Below, piece by piece: positions 40,995 to 54,067 of a stretch of 64,000 nucleotides of DNA. Each line of letters starts with the position of its first letter. Position 1 is the stretch's first letter. The stretch comes from Octopus sinensis (taxonomy: Eukaryota): NCBI RefSeq assembly GCF_006345805.1, contig NC_043013.1, positions 52,204,001 through 52,268,000 of the forward strand. Direction: 5' to 3'. The notes beneath the pieces were generated by a model that was not told where the DNA came from, made no database searches, and saw only the letters and a list, made by a program, of their open reading frames with translations. The position numbers and the translations under genes are program-made.

Positions 40995-41975
40995 ATGCCA
41001 AGTAGAGGCCATTGTGTTGCACAGTCTGAAGACGGTTTTCTGCTAGTTCTTTGATCCCATGCTGATACCAGTTCTTGTCCTCCAAAATGAAGAATTCCTT
41101 CACTGAAGCTTCCTCTTGGTTGATGAAGAGTTGCAAGTGAAGCAGGTGAGCCATTGATAGGAACAAGTAATAATTCAAAGGAGATAGGTCTGGACAATAT
41201 GCTGGGTGTGTATGCCTATATATGTGTATGTATAAGGTAGCAAACTGGCAGAATCGTTAGCACGCTGGACGAAATGCTTAGCAGCATTTTGTCTGCCGTT
41301 ACATTCTGAGTTCAAATTTCGTCGAAGTCAACATTGCCTTTCATCTTTTCGGGGTCGATTAAATAAGTACCAGTTACACACTGGGGTTTATGTAATCAAC
41401 TTAATCCCTTTGTCTGTCCTTGTTTGTCCTCTCTGCATTTAGTCCTCTGTGAGCAATAAATAAATACACATATGTGTGTGTACACCTATATGTGTGTGTA
41501 TGCCTATATATGCGTGTGTATGCCTATATATGTATGTATATGCCTATATATACACATTTGATTCACTTGAGTTTCTGGAGTTTATTCCAGGTTGTTTGAA
41601 CAGTGTGAGGTCTTGCATTGTCTTGCTGCAAAAGAGCTCAATTTCTGTTAATCAAAGCTGGGTGGTTTTGTTATACAATAGCATACATCAGTGAAATTCC
41701 AAGCTTGCCTGATACTTTCTGAAACCTACTCAGGGGATTTGCCTTTATAGCTCAGAGCATGGCCTCACAATCCACAGTTTTAAGCCTAACTAACCTTGCC
41801 TGTTCCTTGAGGTTCTTACAACCCAAGTGAAATTCTTTGAATGATCTGGTTACTGTGCTGTGATCAACTGCACCTTCACCTTTTGTACAACAAATATTCT
41901 TGATTGCTTCCATGGCATTATGGCCCAGTTTGAACTCATGAAGCATGAGTCCCAAATTAATCTACTTTGCATGTT
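40995..41975 (-). mobile_element. Fragmented mariner transposase relic interrupted by a SINE
   Basis: Reverse strand: HTH LHEFKLGHNAMEAIKNICCTKGEGAVDHSTVTR (41750-41955), LLQQDNARPH (about 41560-41695), PAYCPDLSPLNYYLF...WYQHGIKEL (40995-41210). Confidence 0.85.
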
Positions 41976-42596
41976 CATCTGTGTGGCTTTTAAACCACAA
42001 ATGGACTGAAGCAATGCCCTTAACATAATTAGGGCATGCCTATTTGTGGTGTACTCAGCCAATTGCATGTTAATTTCATGAGCAAGGCTGTTCTGCAGAT
42101 TGAATCATCTGGAACAGTCGACATTGCAGCCAATGAAGAGCTAGGTCTCATGAAAATAATCCTCTGATGCCAACTGTCTTGAGGACATCAGCAAAATTTT
42201 GTTAAAGATTGATTTTTCGGAGGAAAGGTTTTAGATTAAAAGTTTCTAGAATGCAAGACACAAAAATCACACCTACCCCTGCAAAATAGAGACATGTCTT
42301 ATTTCTGAAGGGATTCATATTGTTGATGAACTATCAGCCCTGCACAACTGACTAAATGTCAGTATTACCAATTAAAAGGGATATTTTGAAGGTGTTTGTC
42401 AATGGAAGAAAAGAGGGTAACCGTAAGAAATATTTAGCAAAATGTTATAATGATTTGTCATAAGAATAAGAATATCGACCAAATTGGTCAATATTGACCC
42501 CTTAGGGGTCAATGGGATTATTCAAGGGGTTGATAAATGTACATCTACTTAATTATTATTATTATTTATTTATTTTCTTGTACGTGCCTGGGGTGG

Positions 42597-42765
42597 GGCG
42601 GTCGGTGAGGGGATCAAGGATTCCATGAAGGGGTCGATGCGGGGTCAAGGGTTCCAAAAAGGGTTTAATGAGGAGATCAAGGATTCCATGAAGGGGTCGG
42701 TGTGGGGTCAAGGATTCCACGAAGGAGTCGATGAGGGGTCAAGGACTTCATGAAGGGATCGATGG
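42597..42765. repeat. ~31-bp minisatellite (about 5 copies)
   Basis: GGGGTCAAGGATTCCATGAAGGGGTCGATG-like unit repeated. Confidence 0.85.
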
Positions 42766-43356
42766 TCTAAAAAGTTTTGGGGACCCCTGATTTGGGCTAA
42801 ACACTTAGGTGGTTAAAGTGCTGCTGAACCCCATCTCCAGATGCAGGAGTTGATATCTCATCTGGTGGCATTTTGGTCCTTTTCATCACACCACCAGAGC
42901 ATCCTGAGGCTACCCACTGGATGCAGACAACAACACTTCCACATAACAGCATGAGTTTTGTTAAGTCAGACATTGTAACTCTGGGCCAGATGTTTCTGTC
43001 CTACTCTTCAGTCAAGTAACACTGAAAAGCTGGGTTTTTTTTTTAATTAAAAAGCCAAAACTTATATCATTAATTGATGAAGGGTTTAATCATATCACAG
43101 AGGCAATTACAGAACTTAAGATTTGAGAACTATTAAAGAACTTGAGATCGATTCTAGAATCATCCAATATTACAATAATGGTACACTGAGAAACAAAAGA
43201 ATTATTCCTTTTAGGAGATGTGACTTAACTTTTCTTAAAAGGGATAAAATAAAGGTTACTGAATCAATTAAACGTGATTTTCCAGGTATTTCAGATTCTG
43301 TTTTGGTTGATGTTGAGGAAGATAAAGTTTTTTAAAAAATGAATGAAAGAGAGAAG

Positions 43357-43429
<73 letters not shown>

Positions 43430-44032
43430 GAATATGCTAATGGTGTAATTGTAAGTTAAGATGATTAATCAATAGTTGTCTTCTCTTGTCCCCTGCCTGG
43501 GAAGAAAATTTGCTTAGGGGTTGCAAAACCAAGTCCAAAAACTTTTACAAACAAGGTCTTACTGTTTTCTTTTTAATTAATTTTTGTTCTTTGTGAAGAA
43601 ACCTAAATTCGAGCCACTTTTTAAGGATCACTTTTTGTTCGTTGCTTTCCAAACCTCATGAAAGTAAGTAGGGGTGCAAGTTTTGATTTTTGCACCCCAC
43701 AAAAATTCTAGGGTGTGCACTTGTACCCCCTGCACCCCCTATTCCCGAGCCCACGCGGCCCCGCCCTACCACCTACTGTCAAATTTATAAATTCGTAATT
43801 CTAGGGGAGAGAAGGAAATATATGACAGGGTGACACCTGTAAACCGTGATGGCTCTTGATGGTTTGGTATCATTGGCATTAAAGACGAGGGAGAGTTGTA
43901 GTGGTGGAGGTGGAATGGGGAGAATTTAGGGGGGAATGGGGCCTTGTCTTCCATCTGAGAAAAAGAAAGATGGATTGATGGATAGATAGATGGGTAGATA
44001 GATAGATAGATAGATAGATTGATCGTTCAATT

Positions 44033-44077
<45 letters not shown>

Positions 44078-44609
44078 AGAGAGATAGATAGATGGGTGAT
44101 CAAGCAAAGAAATAGAGAGATACATAAACAGATCAGTAAATGATGAATTGAATGAAATGAAGAGGTGATGCAGGTGGTGGGGTTAGAGGGAGGGAGATTG
44201 TGAGGGGAGTGAGGTGGGAGTCGGGAGAAATGGAGATAAACTTGATATCTCTGTAGGTGTGTTTGCGTTGCTACCATTGAGGAGAGCACAGAGATGTTCC
44301 ATAGACTGAGACTTACCTACATGGGGTCGTAACATAGCTACACACACACACACACAGACAGACAGACACACGTACGCGCATAAATAGGGCTAATTACAGC
44401 TATATATGTATATAAACGTCAGAGTTACAGACACACACACACACAAACACACACAAACACACATACACACAAACACACACACATATACACTTAACAACAA
44501 CGATGACTCGCCACCACCACCACCACCACCACCACTGTCACCATAAACGACATCGCTTTATCTTTCCACCGTATCATTAACAGCATCACCTCCAGCCTTG
44601 ATATTACAA

Positions 44610-44765
44610 CCTATTTCTTTATTACCCACAAGGGGCTAAACACAGAGGGGACAAACAAGGACAGACATAGGTATTAAGTCGATTACATCGACCCCAGTGC
44701 GTAACTGGTACTTAATTTATCGACCCCGAAAGGATGAAAGGCAAAGTCGACCTCGGCGGAATTTA
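44610..44765 (-). mobile_element. SINE family A, partial, reverse orientation
   Basis: Reverse complement of family A body and 3' end; CpGs intact. Confidence 0.85.
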
Positions 44766-45238
44766 ACCACCATCACAACCACCATCATCACCACTGCAAG
44801 CAGACCATTACTGCTATTGTCACCGCTGTCGACGCCACCAGCAGAGCATAGCGGCCGACACCACCACCACCATCATCACCACAACATAAATGCTCCGCTA
44901 CACCACCAACAACTTCCTGTGCCACCATTCATTACCACTACCGCCGCCGCTGCCGCCGTCATCAGCGCCCACTCGGTCACTATAACTACCACTAACGCTA
45001 GGTAATTAAGTGTTGGTCACGTGATATCAATAACTGTATTTCATTGGTCAAATGTTAGCAACAGAGTTGGTGTTGATGGTTGCTAGGAATGTGGGAGTTG
45101 TGTCGAAAAATATTTCAGCGTAACTCTTCGTGTGTGTGTGTGTGTGTGTGTTTTAGTTTGTGCGCATGTGTTTCAGTGTGTGTACACGTGTGTGTATGTG
45201 TGCACGTGTCTCTATCTATCTATCTACCTATCTATCTA

Positions 45239-45300
<62 letters not shown>

Positions 45301-45342
45301 CTCTCTCTCTCTCTCTCTTTCTCTTTCTCTCTCTCTCTCTCT

Positions 45343-45388
<46 letters not shown>

Positions 45389-45422
45389 CATCTATCAACA
45401 CTCCATATAATGTGTATGTGTA

Positions 45423-45453
<31 letters not shown>

Positions 45454-46795
45454 TTATGCACGCACGCATACACACATGCATTACAGTGACGGGAAGGGGT
45501 TTCCACAAAAGAACTTACCCATAGTTTTCATACAATTATAATTATAATTATTACCCAAACTTAATTCCGTGATATTTTTAAAAACCTTTTGGCAAATTAA
45601 ACTGCTGTATGGCGGATCCGTTTCAATAATCGAAAATCTCCGCTAACCCCCCCCCCCATTCCCGATGAATGATGGTTGCTCCCATTACAAGTGCGTGTCG
45701 GATGAAGCGATTAAGAAGTGTTGGTGACAGGAAAGGCATCAATTTGTAGAACACTGAGATAACTGCTCTAACTCATGCCGGCATGAAAACCGAACGTAAA
45801 TCAATTATAATTAGGGCATAAAATGTAGTTGTTTGTGTGTGTGTGTGTACAGAGAGAGAGAGAGAGGGAGGACATACAATTACATAAATATGTGTATTCG
45901 TTCAAACGTATGTATGTGTGTTGTTACATTTGTGTATGTGTGAGTGTAACTATGTATACAAGTTTTTCTGTGTGTGTATATGCGTTTATGTGTGCATGTG
46001 TGTGTATATGCGTGTGTATGTGTGTGTATACGTGTGTTATTCATCTTTATCAGTTTCTTCTTTCTCTTTTTCTCTCTCTCCCCCTCTCTCTGTTTGACTG
46101 TCTCTATTGTGTGTGTGTCTCTCACAGACTGTGTGTATGTATGTGTGTATGTATATGTGTGTATGTATGTATGTGTGTATATATGCATGTATGTGTGTGT
46201 AAGTGCTTGTGTTGTTTCTGTGTATTAAGATATGTCACCTCTGCTGTTTGCTCTCTCTATTTATATACATATACTGTGTGTATGTGTGTCCGTCTCTCCT
46301 TCCTCTCTGTTTCTTTGTGTGTGTGGCCATTAACTCTCTCTCCTTCTCTCTTTCTCTCACTCTTTCTCTCTCTTTCTTTATCTCTCTCTCCCCGTCTGTC
46401 TGTGTGTCCGTGTGTTATCAAACACCATAACAGAGCTGAATAATCACCAAACAGACCAGCTTCGAATAAAGGTGAGTGCAGGTTTTATAGACATCATCGA
46501 CAAAAGCAACAACAAAACAACAACAACAACAACAACATCAATACAACCATAATAACAACAACAGACACAATAAGACGAATAACAACCGTAAACAAGGACA
46601 AGTAATGACAACAACACTCATAACAACAGGTGCTTTTTAAGCGCAGGTGTGGCCGTGTGGTAACAGGTTTCTTTGACCATATGGTTCCGGGTTCAGTCCC
46701 ACCCACTGTGTGGTACCTTGGGCAAGTGTCTTCTACTATAGCCTCAGGCCGACCAAAGCCTTGCTTGTGGATTTGGTAGACGGAAACTGAAAAAA

Positions 46796-47165
46796 AGTGC
46801 AATAGGTGTACAACAACATGTAGTAAACGAATATCAAAAAAAGAAACAGATGCGCACTGGCGAACGGGGTGGGGAGACGACCCGGAAAATTCACACGATC
46901 AAATCTCACAGGATCCGAAAACTCAACTTTAATACCCGGTCACACAAATGAAGAAAAAAAGGAGTGCATTAGATGTGAAATAATGAATAGTAAACGAATA
47001 GGAAGACAAAAACAATTTCGCGTACGAACGGGGAAGTGGTGAGAGGACTCGGAACATTCCCGATGTGAATTTTCCGAGGCCTCTCCCCTGTTCCCCCCCC
47101 CGTTCGCCAGCGCGCACTTTTTTTTCATATTCGTTTACTACATATTGTTGTACACCTATTGCACT
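46796..47165. mobile_element. Foldback/TIR element of unknown superfamily
   Basis: About 45-bp inverted termini AGTGCAATAGGTGTACAACAA(C/T)ATGTAGTAAACGAATAT, continuing with inverted CTGGCGAACGGGG and CGGAAAATTCACA blocks. No clear TSD. Confidence 0.75.
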
Positions 47166-47228
47166 ACTTGTTTTGTTTTATTTTTGCTCGGGTTAAACGC
47201 TGACAACAAAAGATATTAATTGGACAAT

Positions 47229-47272
<44 letters not shown>

Positions 47273-47313
47273 TGATAATAATAATAATAATGATGATAAT
47301 AATAATAATAATG

Positions 47314-47353
<40 letters not shown>

Positions 47354-47457
47354 TGATAATAATAATAATAACAAAAAATAAAGTTACAATAAAACAGCAA
47401 TAACAAGAAGAAGAATTGGTTGTGTGTTGGGGATAACAAAAAACAAAACAATTAATA

Positions 47458-47614
47458 GGCGCAGGAGTGGTTGTGTGGTAAGTAATTTGCTTACCAACCA
47501 CATGGTTCCGGGTTCAGTCCCACTGCATGGCACCTTGGGCATGTGTCTTCTACAATAGCCTCGGGCCGACCAAACCCGACTGAAAGAAGCCCGGCGTATA
47601 TATGTATGTATGTA

Positions 47615-47658
<44 letters not shown>

Positions 47659-47862
47659 TGCTCCTCTGTGTGTGTCCCCAACATCACTTGACAACCGATG
47701 CTGGTGTGTTTACGTCCCTGTAACTTAGCGGTTCGGCAAAAGAGACCGATAGAATAAGTACTAGGCTTACAAAGAATAAGTCCTGGGGGTCGATTTGTTC
47801 GACTAAAGGCGGTGCTCCAGCATGGCCACAGTCAAATGACTGAAACAAGTAAAAGAGTAAAT
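47458..47862 (+). mobile_element. SINE family B
   Basis: Same as 4026-4445. Confidence 0.85.
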
Positions 47863-48005
47863 AAAAGGATGTTTTCTATACGCCTACAAACCTGTATGTT
47901 CTGAGTTCAAATCTTGCTGAGGTCATCTTGGCTTTTCACTCTTTCCGGGGTCAATGAAATATAGCACTAATCAGGTGGTGGGGTTAGTGTAATATTCATG
48001 TAAAG

Positions 48006-48160
48006 CAGTGGCTCCCGACCTTTTCATTACCAAGGACCCTTTTATTGAAATATGTTTTCTCATGGAAAGGTCCGTCAGCTTGACAGGTATCCACAGACCC
48101 CACCCACCACCACCACCACCACCAGTACTACCTTTACGGACCACAGGTTGGGAACTACTG
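48006..48160. mobile_element. hAT/Charlie-like MITE
   Basis: CAGTGGCTCCCGACCT ... AGGTTGGGAACTACTG termini; imperfect 8-bp TSD ATGTAAAG/GTGTAAGG. Confidence 0.7.
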
Positions 48161-48271
48161 GTGTAAGGAATGCCAAACTGTGTGAGTATATTTTTATAGG
48201 TGGGGGTGACATGTAGTGGGGTGGAGTACTGTGGGGGTTTAGCGAAGGGTCAGATATTGCTCCATAACTAC

Positions 48272-48330
<59 letters not shown>

Positions 48331-48337
48331 ACGCACA

Positions 48338-48712
48338 AGGCGGCAAGCTGGCAGAATCATTACACGCCGGGCGAAATGCTTAGCGGTATTTCGTCTGCCG
48401 TTACGTTCTGAGTTCAAATTCCGCCGAGGTCGACTTTGCTTTTCATCCTTTCGGGGTCGATTAAATAAGTACCAGTTACGCACTGGTGTCGATATAATCG
48501 ACTTAATCCGTTTGTCTGTCCTTGTTTGTCCCCTCTATGTTTAGCCCCTTGTGGTATTTCGTCTGTCTTTAGGTTCAAATTCAGCCGAGGTCGACTTCGC
48601 TTTTCATCTCTTCGGGGTCGATAAATTAAGTACCAGTTGCGTACTGAGGTCGATTTAATCGACTGGCCCCTCTCCCAAAATTTCGGGCATGGTGCCTAGT
48701 GTAGAAAAGAAT
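48338..48712 (+). mobile_element. SINE family A dimer
   Basis: Full copy plus headless second unit joined at GTATTTCGTCTG. Confidence 0.85.
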
Positions 48713-49584
48713 AATAAAAATATACACACGAATTCACATCAGATAATATTTCCATTTTATAAACTCTATTATTTACTAGTGTTTCATTGTATTATATATA
48801 CATATATACATAATATACATACATACATATAATGTATATAATGCATAAATACACACACACATATGTATATATGCATGAATACGCACATGTATATATATAT
48901 ATATATTATATATATATATATATATATAATATATATATATATATATGTATGTATATATATATATATATATATATGCATAAATACGTACATATATATCCAC
49001 ATATGCATAAATAGACACAAGTACACCACACACTCACGCACATGTATATATAGATATACACATATATATTCATATTAATATATAACTATAAACATAAACA
49101 CACACTCACACATATATATATATATATATATACATACATACATACACATGTACATATAGACATATTTATATATACGTACACAAGTGCCGTGTGTGATCTT
49201 AAATGCATGTAAGTCCGTTATATACAAAAGAAGTAGTATTAGATTCAAATATCCAAGTGTGTATTATACTTAATGTATATACATCTTTGGAAGGCAAGTT
49301 CACTGAAGATTTAATCCTGAGATAATATTTCTTATTAACATGTTGTATTAAAAAAAAAATACAATAAGACAATACAGTAAGACGAAAATTGGGTGCTACT
49401 TTGGCGTGTGATCCACGTCAAGGACGATTATTTTAGGTTAGTTTTTAGTTTCTTTATGTTGCAAAACTCGCGGTTGCAAAACTCGCGGTTGCCAAACTTG
49501 TGCGATCTACGCGCTTATTTTAATGATTATATTGTTTATTCTTGGTTCCTTGTTATTATTTACTAAGCCATAAATGAAACATGG

Positions 49585-49790
49585 TTTTATTACCCCCGCC
49601 TTAGCGAAAGCGGAGGTATTGTTTTCGGTCGTGTTTGTTTGTCCGTGGACAAGATATCACAAAAACCGCTGGATGAATTCGGATGAAACTTTCAGGGATG
49701 TTTGGCCTCGTGACTGGCACGAACTGATTAGATTTTGGCATCGATCTGGTACCGGACAAGGATTCTGGATTATTTTTCCTGTTTTGTTTG
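49585..49790 (+). mobile_element. Probable Helentron-associated (HINE/DINE-like) non-autonomous element fragment
   Basis: TTATTACCCCCGCC...GGAGGTATTGTTTTC, then GTTTGTTTGTCCG repeats, then GATATCACAAAAACCGCTGGATGAATTCGGATGAAACTT. Resembles the 5' layout of HINE-type elements from memory. Confidence 0.5.
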
Positions 49791-50429
49791 GCCTCATCTT
49801 CAATACTGTTCTCTCCTGGATCCTTCGAATGCCAAATAAATTATTATAACTCAAGTACCCTCAGAGTCCATTACGACAAAAATAGAGTACATGACACGTG
49901 GTACTTTTATAAGCGGTACTGTCGTCGACAACCCCTTTTATATTTACCAAAGGTTGGGAAATAAACTAGTGAACTCGTGAGACGGGTTTGATAATTGATC
50001 GAGGGACTTTCAGAATAGCATTCACTATCTCATGGAGAAGGGAAAGGACAATGAATCGGGTAGCTGTGACCTTCTGTGAAAGCATTTTTTGGTTCAAAAC
50101 ATTTGAATCTTTTACATTTTTACCCTCAAATTCTGTGTCGTTTTCGTGTAAATTTTTTCTGGTACTTCTCTCCATGCAGTAGTAATAGCTATTCCGAAAG
50201 TCCACTGGTCAACTATTACACTCACCCCACGAGTGTAATAGCTTATTCACTAATCATTTAGTTAGTTAAAAAATTGACTGTCGATAATTGTGAAGTTCCT
50301 GGCAAGTCTTAATTTACTGGGATCACCCCCCCCCCAACCCCCAAAAAAACTTTAATCTTCAATATCATCGGCAGCGCTTCATCATTTCGTGTGGGTAACA
50401 TTCCACCACCCATTACCCAAATGATATTA

Positions 50430-50935
50430 AGGCGGCGAGCTGGCAGAAACGTTAGCGCGCCGGGCGAAATGCTTAGCGGTATTTCGTCTGCCGCTACTTT
50501 CTGAGTTCAAATTCCGCCGAGGTCGACTTTGCCTTTCATCCTTTCGGGGTCGATAAATTAAGCACCAGTTACGCACTGGGGTCGATGTAATAGACTTAAT
50601 CCATTTGTCAGTCCTTGTTTGTCCCCTCTATGTTTAGCCCCTTGTGGATAATAAAGAAATATATATTTCGTCTGCCATTACGTTCTGAGTTCAAATTCCG
50701 CCGAGGTCAACTTTGCCTTTCATCCTTTCGGGGTCGATAAATTAAGTACCAGTTATGCACTGGGGTCGATATAATCGACTTAATCCGTTTGTCAGTCCTT
50801 GTTTGTCCTCTCTGTGTTCAGCCCCTTGTGGGTAGTAAAGAAATGAGTATTTCGCCTGTCTTCGCGTTCTGAGTTCAAATGCGACTGGCCCCCTCCCCCA
50901 AAATATTGGGCCTTGTGCCTAGAGTAGAAAAGATT
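50430..50935 (+). mobile_element. SINE family A trimer-like array
   Basis: Full copy followed by headless units restarting at TATTTCG(T/C)CTG; CpGs intact. Confidence 0.85.
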
Positions 50936-51286
50936 ACCAAATGATGGCTTGAAGTTTAAGAATCACATAAAGCCAGGTCCCTGTGCTATATATCCACCAC
51001 AAATAATGAATTCACATCATTTAAAGACCAACGCGGCTCAAATTCTTTGCCACAACTGATCCGACTTTACTTAACACTGTGGTCTTTTCCTTCTTTGCTT
51101 TGTTTTCTGATGGAAAACAATCCAAAGACGAAAAAGACTTCATAGTCTTCAGGTGGTACCTGATACCTGGATTCATTTTGGTCATCCACACTCCACTTAT
51201 TTGTGTGGGCCACTCTGTCTCAAAAGATAACAATATTCTGGATGGCCTGGGTCTAGACTGGTCGGAAACTAAATTATTGAGATCAA

Positions 51287-51323
<37 letters not shown>

Positions 51324-51546
51324 TGGACATACTCATATCTGTGCGTATGTGTGTGAGTGTGTGAGTATGTATGTATGTAGTATGTATGTATGTATGTATG
51401 TATGTATGTATGTATCTATCTATCTATCTATATATATATATATATATATATAAGTGTAAAGCTATAAATACTTATACAAGTTCATATATATATATATATT
51501 TATAGATACATACATACATACATACATACATACATACATACATACA

Positions 51547-51577
<31 letters not shown>

Positions 51578-51942
51578 GTATACACACACACACACACACA
51601 CACACAATATACATAGAGAGACAGACGAGCGAGTTTAGCTTCTGTGCAGGTCACGACTTTTACTGTCTCTCGCTGTTGACACAGGATAGATTAACAAACC
51701 AATTGTTACGTGATTGACAGTTTGTACATAACACCGGATCACCCACGCTGCGTGTGTGGTTCAGTCCAGGCTTCCGTAGTTTATTTGGTTTACTAAAAAT
51801 AATTTTTAATCGAATGAAATCATAATTATATTAACAATTCGAAATATTTCTAACACCCTAGTCGCATTTAGTCATACTTGTAATTATCCTTTTTGGTGAA
51901 ACATTGCATACTGCCATACATATTAATTTTATATATACATAT

Positions 51943-52363
51943 AGGTGCAGTAGTGGCTGTGTTGTAAGTAGCTTGCTTACGAACCACATGGTTCCGGGTT
52001 CAGTCCCACTGCGTGGTACCTTGGGCAAGTGTCGTCTACTATAGCCTATTAAGGCCGACCAAAGCCTTATGAATGGATTTGGTAGACAGAAACTGAAAAG
52101 AAGCCCGTTGTATATATGTATATGTATATATATATGTGTGTGTGTATGTGTTTGTGTGTCTGTGTTTGTCCCCCCAATATCGCTTGACAACCGATGCTGG
52201 TGTGTTTACATCCCCGTAACTTAGCGGTTCGGCAAAAGAGACCGATAGAATAAATACTAGGCTTACAAAGAATAAGTCCTGGGGTCGATTTGCTCGACTA
52301 AAGGTGGTGCTCTAGCATGGCCGCAGTCAAATGACTGAAACAAGTAAAAAATTTAAAAGAGTA
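51943..52363 (+). mobile_element. SINE family B
   Basis: Same as 4026-4445. Confidence 0.85.
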
Positions 52364-52726
52364 ATATAAGTGAATCGCTAAATCATCCAATTATTTGGAT
52401 GACGAAAACATAAATACTAATGGCGAGGCGAGTCCAGAAAGAGCCGAAGTTGAGCGGTCTTTACTGATGAGGCAACGGAAATGCCGAAACTAACGCGTCA
52501 GTATTACGAATTCTCGATCGATTCTTTTGGAACGATTATGATCCTTGTTAGTGTATATGTTTTCATTCACGTGTGTTAACTACAACATTAGAGCGGTTTA
52601 GCTCTTATTTCTTGCAGTGTAAGTATTTTCTTACACCTTAATCGCATTTAGTTGAAATTTATCGAAAAATAAAAGACGAACAACAAACAGATGTATTAGT
52701 TTGACACTCGGTAAAAATGAAAAAGT

Positions 52727-52762
52727 CTTTTACGTTTCGTGCCTACGCTCTTCGGCAGAAAG
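52727..52762 (-). ncRNA. Atypical ultra-minimal hammerhead-like motif
   Basis: Reverse strand: cttt-CTGCCGA-A-gagc(gtag)gcac-GAAA-CG-TA-aaag. Confidence 0.4.
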
Positions 52763-54067
52763 GAATAAGAGAAAATAAACAGAGAAAATGAAAAAAATCT
52801 TGTAGATTTCAGCGGTCCAGCATGGCGAATCTATCTATCTATCTATCAATACGATGGGCTTCTTTTAGTTTCTGTTTAGAAAATCCACCTACAAACACTT
52901 GGTCAACCGTGGGCTAGAGTAGAATACACTTGCCCAAGATTCCACGCAGTGGATTTGAACCCGGAACCATGTGGCTGGGAAGTAAATTTCTAACCACACA
53001 GCCATGCCAGAGTGCAATTTTAATTTACGCTAATTACCCCCCTTCTAATTCATTTCGGTGTCACAATCCACATGTTACCCTTTTGTTTTTATCGTTTATA
53101 GAAGGTAAACAGTAGCCCTAGGCCTTGTCAGACTCACCAGGCCTGGTGGAAAAGAGGGATTGAGGGACAGAGGAAGGTGGTATGCTCAAATTGGAGACCT
53201 AGCCTGATGTTTGCAACACGGTGAACTCCTCCTCTACAGGCACCCAGGTACCGGGTGGCCGGGTGGTTATATTAAATCGGGTGACGGAATAGGCTAAGTA
53301 CCCGTGTATGCCTCGGCAGGATTTGAACTCAGAACGTGAAGAGCTGATGCAAATACGGCAATGGACCCAGTCTGATGCTTTATCGATTTCACCAGTCCAT
53401 TCACCTCAGTAGACTGGTATTTTATTTTATCGGTCTTCGAAGAAAAGAAAAAGAAAAGGCAACGTCAGACCTTCCGTGATTCGAAACCAGATTTCAAAAT
53501 AAAAAAAAATAAAAAAATGCACAAAATCAGAATGCTTATCGCAAGGCATATTTTGTACAGTGCTCTAACCATTCTGCTAATTCGCTGCCTTGACGTTTTT
53601 TTTTCTTCAGAAGGTTCCTCAGGGAGATTTTCTTTCCTTGCCTTTAATATTAAATGATCTAATCAGAAAATTATTTTCACACGGGAACTATATTTCTTCC
53701 TAGTTGTTCTGTGGTTTTGGTAGCTCCTTACTGGCCATGCTTCGCTGATGAAGTTCAGAGATACAATCCACATGAAAGGCTTCAGTACAGTTTCTGCCAA
53801 TCCAAATTCACTGAAGCTATGAAAAAAAAAACCGTTTGCCCACAAATTCCTCGCATGGCCTAGTGGTTGAGGTGTTGTACCCATGATTGCAAGATTGTGG
53901 TTTCGACTCCCAGACTGGGAAGTGCATTATATTCTTGAGCAAAGCACTTCATTTCTCGTTGCTTCAGTTCACACAGTTCTAAATGAGTAAACCCTACGAA
54001 GGATTGGTGCTCCATTCAAGGGGCAATGTTGTGATCCCTGTCACTTACGCGCCATGAAAACTAGGTA

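Noticed and set aside
43123-43335. 70-aa natural-looking ORF
   Set aside because: TTG start, no recognisable motif, no convincing splice sites.
45080-46443. Long ORFs rich in YI/CV/LS dipeptides (also many others in the ORF track)
   Set aside because: Translations of (TA)n, (TG)n, (TC)n and (TATC)n microsatellites.
51021-51280. Possible mariner-like fragment on the minus strand
   Set aside because: Only faint resemblance (KAKKEKTTVLS); catalytic motifs not identifiable.
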